NCBI GenBank assembly: GCA_002104905.1
Contig: MCFE01000333.1
Span: forward strand, 1 to 64,000
Direction: 5' to 3'
DNA: 64,000 bases
Origin: Basidiobolus meristosporus CBS 931.73
Taxonomy: Eukaryota > Fungi > Basidiobolomycota
Part shown: in pieces, positions 33,501 to 45,689 of the stretch
Numbering within the stretch: the stretch's first letter is position 1
How the letters are laid out: every line of letters starts with the position of its first letter
The notes under the pieces: model-generated
The model's input: the letters and a program-made list of their open reading frames with translations, nothing else
The model's database searches: none
What the model was told of the DNA's origin: nothing
Made by a program: the position numbers and the translations under genes

Positions 33501-34461
33501 ACAGTAGACACCAAGAGGACAGCAAGCTTGGGGCTCATAACCTGTTGCAATATTCTCAGGACTATGGGAAGTGATACAGAGAGCTAGAGAATTTATATGT
33601 TTTTCACCTGTGGATTTATTGTTCAAAGGTATGATGTTACTTTTGATAAGTTAGAGCAAACAAATGTGTAGAGTTTTTTAAGGGAAGTCCCCAGAGCATG
33701 TGACCAAAATTTGATGTCTTTTTGACAACTTTGAGAAAGATCACAATAGGGATACTCATGGCTCTATGTGGCGCTAACCAATAGAACAAGTCTATTGATC
33801 CAAAGTATGGTATTTATACTTTTGATAAAGTAGAGCAAACAAACATGTTGAGTATGTTAAGGAAGGTCCCAAGAATATGTGTGAAAACTTGGGGGCTTTT
33901 TGAAAACTTTGGGAAAGAATATAATATGGGTACATAATATTTTAGTGAAAATATTCTAAGTAAATCCCAAGGAGAAACTTGCTTGGGACAGAATGCTAAT
34001 CAAAGAATAAGATCTATGCAACAAAGTTAGCATAATTATTTAGGTGACAATTTAATAATTACAACTATATTAAGCTGAAAATATTCAAAGAAGGTTATGG
34101 AGGGTTCTGAAAGGCACAACACATCCAATCAATCAGGGATTGGTGGTCTGATATTTGAGTAGCAAAGTGATACCATATATGGTATTAAAATGGCAGGGAT
34201 GGTTTCAAAGACCAAGGTCATGTGCCATGGACACTGCCACAGGTACCTGCTTGATGTAATTACATTTGGTGATCACAAAGCTGTATAGCATTTGGTATAT
34301 CTAATGCTGATAACTAATCAGGGTAAACATGATGTGGGGATAATACTAATGATTGGGTCAAGAAATACTATAATAATACCAATAAGATAAAACACAAGTA
34401 TGCTCATCATTATAGCTCTATGAATAAACTTGCCTGTGGGAGGTGTGATCACCCTACCATA
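30569..34461 (+). repeat. Solo LTR of related family W (30569-30980 + ~34066-34461), itself split by a copia
   Basis: Termini TGCGGTGG...TACCATA with flanks CTGG and CTAA. Internally similar to family Z, and the same 5' end recurs at 35047. Confidence 0.6.
30981..34065 (-). mobile_element. Old, internally deleted copia element of a second LTR subfamily
   Basis: LTRs 30981-31326 and 33543-34065 (the latter rearranged, with a MITE end inside). PPT TGAGTGAGAG, PBS GGTTATGAGCCCC, and residual gag/RT/RNase H similarity. Confidence 0.7.
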
Positions 34462-34717
34462 CTAATGCAGGTACTTGCTTAATATAGAATCACTAAAATA
34501 TAGCAATATTACGTAAGTTTGGGCATAGCTTCCTGTAAGTGGCTTGGCATCTGTCTCCAGGACAACATGTGTCATGTACAGTGGGGATTTCAGCTTCCTC
34601 AGCATCTTCTGTTGTAATTATTAAGTTGGCACCTAATATTCATGCTAACATAGTTACATAGATCTTATTCTTTGATTAGCATTCTGTGGCAATGGAAAGT
34701 ATTCCATTACAACTATA

Positions 34718-35046
34718 GACTTGTTCTGTTGGATGGTGCCACATTGAGCCATGAGTACCAAATGATGCCATAGTGTGCCAGAGATGCCAAGTGCACCTAT
34801 ACTTGGTCACAGAGTGTGAAACATAGCTCTGAATCTTCATGCAAGGCAGCCCCTGTGTTTCACCTATGATGCAGGAGAAAATCCATTTTTTGATGTTTTT
34901 TTATGGATCAATGCTGTGCAGGAGGTGTAAGAGCACAAAAGGATTGATGATATGCATCTGGTACTCTATACCCATGGCACTCTGAATCTAGCACCTGTGG
35001 CTTGTAACATGTCACAAAAATGCATGGCACTATCTTGGTTGACTGG
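34718..35046. mobile_element. Left arm of the foldback MITE, cut by a family W LTR start
   Basis: TA|GACTTGTTCTGTTGG..., colinear with 25321-25650. Confidence 0.8.
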
Positions 35047-35109
35047 TGTGGTGGTGTAAAGGTACTCCTAAGAGAAGCTACACAGCTCCAGCCCTGTGAA
35101 AAAAAATTT

Positions 35110-37761
35110 GGTCTTGCGGGTGGATCCAATACAGATCATCCATCAAGATCCTGTTTAGAGACCATCATAATAACAGCAGCTTGGAATAAGTGACCCTCCT
35201 GACAATCTTATAACAAGATCATGACGGTGTTTTGCAAATTTTACAGCCAAATAAAGGAATAAAACTTGACAATTTTTGATTGGTGCTGTGACAATATTTG
35301 CATGGCACTGTTGCGGTCTTTCAGCGCTCTATTACTATTTTAAGTGGATCCACTTGGCCAGGACTTCCAATTGCCTTATATGACATGAAACTTAATGGTA
35401 TTTTAATGGCCTTGCAGCAAGACTCTGATGGCTTTTTCTTGGCAGTATGATGGCCTGCTGCTGATTCTGTATAATGCTACTGTACCAATTTACCAAGTGG
35501 TATTTCCTTTTTCCACCTCCCCTTGTGTAATTCATATATTCCACTGTAGAGTCACCTTTCTTTATTTGCTTACCCACTACTATCTTGGGTATTCCACATA
35601 TAGTTTGAATCAAAAAAAACTATGGCCTCCTGCTTACTAACCTCTACAAACATGCACACCTTCTGCAATTGACATACCTCTATCACCTCAACTTTATGGT
35701 TTTTTAGTGTGATACTTGCAAAGTTGCCATATACCTTGTACTGCTGGTAGCATATACATCTTGCAAACATATGCCTGGTTGTTGCCACTTCTGCCATGAA
35801 TACCTCCTGAATATTGGCAAAGAACTTCTTGGTATTTGGCCAATATATTCCTTCTCCCTACTGGATTCTATTCCCCCCTTATAGGTGCGCTCTGGCTTTT
35901 GTTTGTGTGAATTCCATACTGATTGGTGTAGAAGTTGGCTTGTGACCACAAGAAATCCGGCATATCTTGGTGGAGTTTTCCTGATAAAAACTAGTTGCTT
36001 GATGCACCCAACCCAACTTTGCATTACTTGAATGATTACTCACGCATTGGGGCTGCTTAGCTTCTTAATGCCATAGGCATACGTGTCCATGTGCACATTT
36101 GTCCGCAGTATTTTCCAACATTTTCTGGCTATCCTCCATGTGCCAACTCATCACATCCATGATGGACTTGAAGGTAATATTCTTGATGAGATTGGGATAT
36201 AGTAGTGCCTGCAACTTGACTTGTCTTCATATCTCCCCACACATCCGCTCCATAGGAAACTCCCAAAAGGTGAAGCAACGCCCAGTATTCATCACACACC
36301 ATGCAAGATGGAGTAGAGAATGGATACAGTAGCAGCAGAGATCTACACGTTCAGCTTTATGTTTGTAGTATAACCGCTCAAATCCTGTCACAAACTCCTC
36401 ACACAACAGCTGTAGATGTGTCATGTTGGCATTGGTGATCTGCTTCTGGATAAATATTCCTACAATGTCCACATATGACTCCCAATGCTTCCAATGTACT
36501 CTTGGTAGGAATGGCTTCAGGACACCACTTGAATAAACAAATATCCAATTCATCCAGTCTTTGCATTTGTATTGTTGTATATGCGTATGAATATTGATTG
36601 GAGCCCATGAGAAGTACTTAGGGTAGCGGATACTCTGTAATATCTTGCCAATTTTTTCAAAATTTTCCGTTATCCCACTGGAAAGCATACAAAATTCATT
36701 CAGCAATGGATACAGGTAGCTATCCAGGTTGGATGTTGATTTAGGCCCAGATATCAGTGAGACTACCATCAGATTATTCCTCTGATATTGTAAGATGACA
36801 GCAGAGTCAGATTGATGAGAATCAGTGGCCAGCAGGTTTTGCTGGTAGAGTACTAGTTTAATGAGAATCCATCAAGTGCTTAAGCAAAGGCATGGTCATA
36901 CATACCTTCAAAGTAGCCCTTGCTTCTTAGCTGTTTGTAATATTTGACATCAAATATGTTGGATATGTTTGTGCTTGATTGATACTGGGTACAGTACTGT
37001 AGAGCTTTGCAATATTTGATGGACTGCATCAGCTTCCTCAGACAGGCTATGACCAGAATACATCTGGAGTGTGAACAATGTTTTCCCTCAGTGGTGGTGG
37101 ATTCCTGACAATTTGGACACATTGCAATGGTAGTATTTTTGGATGTGAATGCCATGCAACTGTTAACACATGCTGGAATCAGGACAGTCTCTGGATCATA
37201 TGTTGCCAGCCGCATGATGGTTGTCCACTTGTACCATGTACATGGTAAGTTGCATCCTGGTATGATTTTGGCAAGAAGTAGTAGTAAATCCTCAAAGCCC
37301 CCATTACTGATATTAGTGAAAATGCACCACTTCTATAGCCACAACATTACATCATTCACCAGTAGATGGATTACTGGGCTCACTTGGCTCCAAAAAGTAT
37401 CCTTGGCATTTGTTTCAACAGGTGTTGTCTCATTGCATATAGGGATTTGACCGGGTCCATATGTGGCACTGTTGTTAGGGGAGATAGGCTCAAAATCCAT
37501 CAGTGAACCTTCTTTGTCAGGGCTATCACTCTGCATGCCATATACAGAAGGCTGAGGTGAGCCTAAAGGTTTCAAAAACTCACCTGACTCAGTTTGCGCA
37601 AGGTGACAAAGATGGCCAGGTGCCAATATAGAAGTATCAACTGCCGGCAAGATAATGTTGGTTCAGTAGTGATTAATGAATGGCCAAATATGACTTTAGT
37701 GGCAAAACACTGGCTGTGATCCTTGTAATACTTCTTATGCTGTCAGCATGATTCATGGCTG
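35110..37761 (-). mobile_element. Best-preserved CACTA/EnSpm transposase copy (internal deletion) plus 3' region
   Basis: ORF 36227-36769 contains ISGPKSTSNLDSYLYPLLNEF, HSLLHLA..V...G...FWEFPMERMCGEI (Tnp2/DUF4218-like). N-terminal CVNSCMAF...CPNC and DVKYYKQL...ALDGF are at 36880-37215. Confidence 0.9.
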
Positions 37762-40700
37762 TGTTATGATCTGCTGCTTGAATATTTAAGTTATATCAGT
37801 TTTTAGTCAAATCAATTAGTTATATGTTTAATTTATCAGTAAATCAGTATTATCTATGAAATCAGTAGCATTATTCAGCAAATGAATCAGCAGATCCTTA
37901 TCAAACAGAAATAGATATACTAAGTAGGATCTTATTGTGTGATTATGATGCCACCAAATGAGTAATCAGCCACAACCTACATTAGGAAATGCAATTAGTC
38001 GGCAATTGATCTGGCAAAATGTATATAAGGAACTACTGGAACCTCAATAAAGATCAGTTCAAGTTTTAGTGAATACAATACTAGCTAAACTCCCTATTGC
38101 TCTACAACTCTTATACCAAGACTTGTAACATTGGTAGCAGCAATAACCAGAAACCTCCCTCCTGAAGAAATAAGAAGCCTCCCTCAAGATGTTGGAAAAT
38201 CAAGAATGGAAGAATGCCATGCAGCAAATCCTGGCCCAGCAGCAACAGTTACTCCAGATCCGGAGCCAGCAGCAACAAGGAATGACTACCATGGCTCAAA
38301 GCCAGCAAAACCCTGTGAAGAGCAACTTTAGTGTGAAGGTCAACCTGTACCATGGCAGAGTCAATGAAAACCGGGGAACTTGACTCTTTCAGATTGAAGA
38401 AGCTTTCAAGGCTAAAGAAATTGCTCCAGAAAGCAAGTTACATTATGCAGCTTCTTACCTTGCAGATGCAGCTTTACAGTGGTACCATAAAAAGATCAGG
38501 TCAGCCATTATGATGGGATGCTCTACAGTCTCTACCTGGGATGAGTTTGTGCTGGAAATTCAGGAGGCCTTTGAACCTCCATACCAGCAGACACTACAAA
38601 GAAGGAAGTTAAAGACGCTCAGACAGCAAGGAATGGTTCAAGAATACATCTATGAGTATAGATGTCTACTTGCACAAATTGAAAGAATGGACCCCCTGGA
38701 TCAAGTTGAATACTTTATTGATGGGTTGAAAGAAAGAACTTGCAAGGAAGAGAATTATCAAAGACCTCAGACTATTGAAGAAGCCATCAAGATTGCCATT
38801 GACAATGACTCAGCTATGTTTGGAGTTGGGAAGCCCACAATGACTAGTCAGAGAGGCTACAATCACTATGAAAGGAGACAATCAGAAGCAGTGCCAATGG
38901 AAGTAGATGCTATGCAGAAGAATCCTACCTCAGAAGAATGTAAGAAGAAAGGACTTTGCTTCAATTGCCACCAGCAAGGATGTATTGCAAAGTACTGCCC
39001 CCAGAGAAGAAATGGACACCAGCCAACAAGAACCTTCAACCATATTGAGTCCCATGGACACAGTAATGTGGAGGATGAGCTGGAAGAAGACTGGGAGCTC
39101 ACCTTCCATTTGACAGAGGAGTACTTGTCCCAGATGACCTCAAACTCAGGGAAGTTATTGTACTTAAATGGAGTAATCAATGGAGTACCTGCCAAAATCA
39201 TGATTGACTCAGGAGTATCACATGAATACATGTCAGAACAATTTGCCTTGAAAGCTAGGATCAACTTGGAATCTACCATATCAACTTCAGTCTCCACAGC
39301 TGATGGGAACTCTCACATAATCAACTGTATTACCCAGCCGGCAAGAATGAAGATCAATGACTATGAAGAAGACCTACAGGCTTATATTTTTGGAAACTGC
39401 AAGTTTGACCATGTACTTGGAAAAACCTGGCTATTTTGTTGTAATCTATCAATCAACTGGAAAACCCATGCTATGCAGATCCAAAAGGACAACAAGACCT
39501 ATGAGCTATTACCTGCCAGACTAGATTTCAGCTTGGTCAATTCCAGTGTGTGTGAGACAAGTGAGCTTAGCAAAACACAGTTCTGTAGAGCACTAAGAAA
39601 AGGCACCCAGATGTTCCTCATGGCAGTATTACAGGAGGATTCCTTGACTCCAGTACCCCCGCAGGTCCAGACACTCTTGAAGAAATATTCAGATGTGTTT
39701 CCAGATGAACCTGTAAGCCTACCACCAGTCAGAGATGTGGATCATGCCAATGACTTAGGAGACAGCTCTCCAGTGAGCAAGACACCTTACAGAATGAGTC
39801 CATTGGAGTTGGAGGAAATGAAGAGACAAATTGATCAGCTATTGGAGCAAGGATATATCAGACCCAGCTAGTCACCTTGGGGAGCACCAGTGCTTTTTGT
39901 GAAGAAGAAGGATGGAACACTTAGGATGTGCATTGACTACAGAGCCCTCAACTCAGTTACCGTGAAGAATAAGTACCCCATACCTTGGATTGATGAGCTC
40001 TTGGACCAACTCAATGGAGCCACTATTTTCAGCAAGATTGACCTCATGTCAGGATATAACCAGATTAGGGAGAAGCCAGAAGACATCCCTAAGACAGCAT
40101 TCAGGACCAGATATGGACATTACTAGTACTTAGTCATGAGTTTTGGCCTCACCAGTGCCCCTGCAACATTCATAACCCTGATGCAGACTGTCTTCCAGGA
40201 GTACTTAGACAGGTTTGTGATAATCTACCTAGATGATATACTGATATATAGCAAGACAGAAGAGGATCACTTGGTGCACATTGAAAAGGTCTTGAAGAAG
40301 CTAAGAGAGAACAAGCTTTATGGCAAGCTACCCAAGTGTGAATTCTTCAAGGAACACATCAAATATCTGGGACACATAGTGACTAGCACAGGAGTAACCT
40401 TAGACCCTAAGAAGGTTGAAGTTATCAAGAACCTGAAGCAGACCCATAGCATAACAGAACTCAGATCATTCCTTGGAATGGTTTCCTGTTATTGGAGATT
40501 TGTCAGGTCCTTTGTAAGTATTGCAGCCCCTTTAACTGACATTCTCAAGAAAGACAATACCTACAAGTGGGACATAGCTTGTGAGACTGCCTTCCAGATG
40601 CTCAAGAATGAACTTGCTAAGCTGCCAAGCTTAAGAATACCAGACTCAGAAAAGAGTTCACTCTGTGCACAGATGCTTCAGATTATGCAATTGGTGGAGT

Positions 40701-40768
40701 GCTGAGCCAAGAACACAAGGGAAATGACTACACTGTTGCCTTTGAATCCAAGAAACTGAACTCAGGAG
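37762..40768 (+). mobile_element. Ty3/gypsy element G1, 5' half (LTR, gag, protease, RT, start of RNase H)
   Basis: 369-bp LTR 37762-38130, PBS TGGTAGCAG, CCHC-like [13 protein letters not shown], protease MIDSG, RT YLDD. Truncated at VAFESKKLNS. Confidence 0.93.
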
Positions 40769-41525
40769 TGTTACAAGTCTTTGTATAAGAGTTGTCGAGG
40801 AATAAGGAGTTTAGCTAGTATTGTATTCACTAAAACTTGAACTGATTTTTATTGAGGTTCCAGCAGCTCCTTATATACATTTTGTCAGATCAATTGCTGA
40901 CTAACTGTATTTCCTAATGTAGGTTGTGGCTGATGACTCATTTGATTGCATCATCATCACACAATAAGATCCTGCTTAATATATCTGTTTCTGTCTGATA
41001 AGGATCTGCTGATTCATTTGCTGACTAATGCTACTGATTTCATAGATGATACTGATATACTGATAACCTAAACATATACTAAATGATTTGACTAAAAACT
41101 GATCTAACTTAAACATTCAAGCGGCAGATCATAACATTCTCCCCTACTAAAGTTGAGAGGGTTCTCCTGAATCTCTTTTCTTGTGATACCAATATCTTGA
41201 TGGTTCAGTATTATCAGCAAGTCTTGCAAGCTTGAGTCTGTCCCTATGCACCAAGTCTTCCCGGATATTACCTTGTTTGTCCACCAGTTGGTAAGTTGCA
41301 AATGAACATTCTCTGATGATCTTGAATGGTCATGTCCATTGTGGCTCAAACTTCTTCCAAGTGTTGTTTCTTAGCAATACAAAGTTCCCAACTGTCAATG
41401 CTTCTGGTGCTATAGTCTTATCAAATCTCTGCTTCATTGTTTCTTCACTTTGAGATACTTTGGTCTGTGCCTTTTGACGTCTTTGTTCCAGTTGCTGGTG
41501 TCTACTTGGCTGACTAAGTTCATCT
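40769..41525 (-). mobile_element. Ty3/gypsy element G3, 3' end (3' LTR 40769-41136, PPT, integrase C-terminus), inverted relative to G1
   Basis: Reverse complement of 51480-52231, including the PPT AGTAGGGGAGAA. Confidence 0.92.
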
Positions 41526-41529
41526 TCTG

Positions 41530-41690
41530 GTACTATCTGCCATTATAAGCGCTTTGTATATATTTCACTTTAGATCTAATATTTAAATATAGTGGTAGAT
41601 AGTACCAGTGGACCAAGATAGTGCCATGCATTTTTGTGACATGATACAAACCACCAGAGCAAGACTCAGAGTCACATGGCTTGCATCAAC
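41530..41690. mobile_element. Central fragment of the foldback MITE
   Basis: GGTACTATCTGCC...GATAGTACCAGTGGACCAAGATAGTGCCATGCATTTT matches the spacer and inner arms of 42640-42800. Confidence 0.65.
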
Positions 41691-41770
41691 CATTAGTATA
41701 GTTAGGTGATAGGTATTCTGATAGTCCAGATTTCTTATGACTGGTGTTGATACTAGGGCCTTTTTTAGCA

Positions 41771-41935
41771 GTTACATTGAGTTTTCTTTTTCTTCTCACC
41801 TGAATAATAGGGCGCTCTTTCTTTGCAGTCAGTATATTGGTTGTGCAGTCTAAGTAGTTGCATTGAATTCTTTTTCTTCTCCCCTGATGAATAGGGTGCT
41901 CTTTCTTTGTAGTCAGTATATTGTTTATACAATTT
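41771..41935. repeat. Two-copy tandem duplication, ~84-86 bp unit
   Basis: GTT(A/G)CATTGA...AATAGGG(C/T)GCTCTTTCTTTG(C/T)AGTCAGTATATTG at 41771 and 41857. Confidence 0.75.
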
Positions 41936-42335
41936 CAGAAAATTGTGGTATATAGATCCTGAATAAGCCATAAGCTACCACAAAGTCATAAGCTTGGGTC
42001 TGGCTTATGGAAGTGTGCCAGTTACATATTTTTTGTGCCTTGGAGGCTACAGGTGAACAACCCATAGTGTTGCATCTTTGTCCAACAGTGGATATCTCTG
42101 ATGCTCCATCAGCAGGAACTTAACAAGAATGTGTTTGTAGTCATTAGTAGTAAATACAGAGAAGAATTTTTGTCAGTACAAGAGCAAACTTAGGAAAGAA
42201 TCAAATAGAATAAATGCTATTTGCTCTGAGTGTTCCTCATATGTAGTTTCTCTAAGGTAAGTTGATTGTCAGTGCAGTCTCCTAGGAGTGTTCTATGGTC
42301 TGGGATTGGAAGCTCAAGTGGCAGTTATTAGACTA

Positions 42336-42965
42336 GACTTGTTCTTTTGGATAGTGACACATTGAGCCATGACTGCCAAATGATGCCTCTGTGTGCCAGG
42401 GAGGCCAAGCAAACCTACAGTTGGCCCCAGAGTGTGAAACATAGCTACTCATCTTCATGCAATTCAGCCCCTGTGTTTCACCCATTGTGCTGGAGAAATT
42501 CCATTTTTTGACCTTTTTTGGATCAATGATGTGTAGGATGTGTAAGTGCACATTGACTGAAGACATACATCTGGTACTTAATATCCATGACACTCTGAAT
42601 CTAGCTCCTGTGACTTGTATCATGTCACAAAATTGTATGACACTATCTTGGCTCACTTGTACTCTCTGCTACTATATTTAAATATTAGCCCAGAAGTAAG
42701 ATCTGTATAAAGCACCTATAGTGCCAGATAGTACCAGCAGACCAAGATAGCACCATGCATTTTTGTTACATGTTACAGGTCACAGGAGCTAGATTCAGAG
42801 TGCAATGGGTATTAAGTACCAGATGCATGTCTTCAATCCATCTGTGCTCTTAAACCTCCAGCCCATCATTGATACAAAAAAACGGTAAAAAAATGGATAT
42901 TCTCCTACAAAATAGGTGAAACACAAGGGCTGCTTTTCATGAAAATGCAGAGCTATGTATAATGT
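42336..42965. mobile_element. Foldback MITE with truncated right arm, inside family Z LTR remnants (42160-42333, 42966-43170)
   Basis: TA|GACTTGTTCTTTTGG start, with the inverted arm visible from 42720 to 42960. Confidence 0.8.
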
Positions 42966-43173
42966 TCTAACTGACTATGTGATTACCAATCATTGTGTTC
43001 CAGAAGGTTCCAGAGATCAACTGAAATCTCAATGGGATCAGAAGGAATCTCAAATGCTCTATGTAATTATTGCAAGGTTCTGAAGGGCCAGTCATAACCA
43101 ACCAATTAGGGATCAGTATTCTGAAAGCAGTTTTACATAGGGATACCATATGTGCATTGAAATATATATCTAC

Positions 43174-45250
43174 TATGCAGATTTGTAATTCCATCTAAAT
43201 ATCCGCCTAATAAATCAATAAAAACACTATTACAAGTCTTAGTGAATACCAACTAAATATCTTGCTGGGACTTACTTGGAATATTCTCACCAAAATATCA
43301 GGCACCTACAACTTGAAAATAAGACAGGTTGTCTAAACCGCCCCAGACAATACACACATGTAGTTGCAACCTTCATAAGCCTGTTCTATATGCTTATTGT
43401 GCTTAAACTATGGCAATGTATAAATATTACTTTTACATTCAATGAGTAACTAAGTGAGAGCCACGTAATCTACTAGCTTTCCCAATCAGCACTTATATCT
43501 CCAAGACTCTTTCAACAGCTTATGAGCCCCACGCTGTTGCTCTCTACAATGTCTACTACCACTATAACAGGAGTTTTCCCATCTGCTAATAAGATGTATG
43601 TATCTAGCTAGCCAGTGTTGGCAGTGAAGATGTAGATGTTACTGCAAGAAAGGGGCCTTTGGGACATTATTATGGGAGTGGAAGCCTTAAGGTACCAGAC
43701 CAAAGTTCAAAATGTTGTTGACTGCATATGCCTTAATGATAAAAAAAACTGCTAGTTCAGTGCTCAAGGGCAAAAATAGCAAAGACTGCCCAACAGGCTT
43801 TAGAAGACCCGTACCTGTCATGTTTAGCTGCTAAGAAAATACATCCTAGACACAGACTCTTTGCTACTAACATGCTGTCAGGCAAAGAATTGAGATATCT
43901 AATTATCACAACTACATTGCTGGTGATTGAGATGGAACTGGTAGGCATACCAATTACTGATACAGATGTCATAGTTACCATCCCAAATAGCCTTGAAGAC
44001 AAGCCTCAGGGTCCTGTAGCAGCCCCAGAGTCTAGAACTAAAAATTTGCTGATACAAAGAAGGAAGAAAGTACTTTAATCAATGACAGTCAACAGAGGAG
44101 ATACCCAAGATCTTTCAAGGGCAATAGCAGCCTATTTTGTAAGTACCACAAAAGGAAAGGACACACATCAGACCAGTGCTCCAAAAAGAGAGACATTCAG
44201 CAGAAAAGCCTGCATATGGAAGCACTGCAACAATTGAAGATATAGTGTTCTTATCAGCATTAAATATGACAACAAACAAGAATTCTCAGTCATGATATAT
44301 TGAATTTACAGCATCTCAACACTCTACACACCAAAAAGAACTTTTAAACCAATTTCAAGAAATTTCAATTAAGTAGGTTTTCATGGGTGACAATAGAACA
44401 CTTGATACAGTGGGTGAAGGAAATATCCAAGCAAACCTTAGAAGTGGTGAAGGAAGCCATACACTGATCTTTAAAGAAGCATTCTAGGTACCAGAGATAA
44501 CCAAGAACCTACTATCTGTAATCAAAGCCACAGCAAAAGGACCCAGTTTCAGCTTTATCAATTCAGGATGTAGGATCACTAATAAAGATGGTGCTCATAT
44601 TGCTCTGGGTATCAGGGATCAGAATCTGTATAAGTTGGCTTATATTCCCTCATATCTGGAAGCCAATATAAGTAACTTAAGTGAGAAAACACCAATGTTC
44701 TGGCACAGGATATTTATACAAATCAATTTGGACTATTTGCGCAAAAAGATCAAATATTAACCAATTCTGGAGTACAAATTGCTCCCCAAGCTAACTTGGT
44801 GCACGGCAAAGCCTGCATATATGAGAAGCAAGTGTGGCAGCTGTTTAAGAGCTCTAGAATGATCAAAAGCAAGAAGAAATTAGATCTAACTCACTCAGGA
44901 CTGTGTGGACCTATTTACACTTTATCCTTTGGTAGGGTGCAGTATTTAATCACTGTTTTGGATGATTATATAAGGTGCACATGGGTCTTATATATTTGGG
45001 ATACTGAAATGAGAGTAAGAGAGACAGACCCCTGTAGGAAAGCAAAGATACTGACAAAGTTTGTGTAAGTATTCCTCAATAAAAACTCATAATATTCCCA
45101 TACAATGAGACCAGATGTTGACAATAATCAAATAAAAAGTGCTTCAATAGTTAGGACAGCATCAGAGCAAAATAAGAAAATGTTTCTCTCTTCAGAGAGC
45201 TCTAGAGCCATAAATCAAGCTAGATTGGTGTCTATGAGTGTCCCAGAAGT
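43174..45250 (+). mobile_element. Highly degenerate copia copy (5' LTR, gag, protease, partial integrase)
   Basis: LTR ends CTCTTTCAACA at 43517, followed by the PBS-like GCTTATGAGCCCC and the gag start ATGTCTACTACC. Colinear with deletions to the reverse complement of 5400-8081. Confidence 0.85.
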
Positions 45251-45689
45251 GATGATTGCAACATCACAAGTCAGATAGTCTAAAAGATGTATAACCAACA
45301 TATATTGCTTAATTCAGCAAGGTGAAAGCTTACTGACCCATCATAAGCTATGACTTTACTGGTTTTGTGCATGGTTCTGTTGCAGGGAGAGATAGGCTGA
45401 CAATTCATCAGTGAGCCTCCTCCTTCAGAGCTATTCCTGTACATGTTGCAATTTTAGAAGTGGTTTGGATATAAGGTACTATCAAGAAATAATGATAACA
45501 GTTGCACTGTGTTTGACTTCTAAAGAAGCTCAGTATTAATACCATTGTAGAATCAATACAAATGTAGCACCAAGTAAGAAGAGTTTTTCAACAGTTAGCA
45601 GCATAGTGTCACAGTCTCAGGGTTAATACATAATGTTTGGTAAATGTGCTAATTTGATCCTGACTATATGGGAATAATTGTAAGATCAT

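Larger units (their letters stand above)
29985..34530 (+). repeat. Partial family Z LTR (29985-30568 + 34466-34530) split by nested insertions
   Basis: The Z sequence GGTACTGG|TGCAGGTACTT is broken at 30568 and resumes at 34466 (TGCAGGTACTTGCTTAATATAGAA). Confidence 0.7.
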
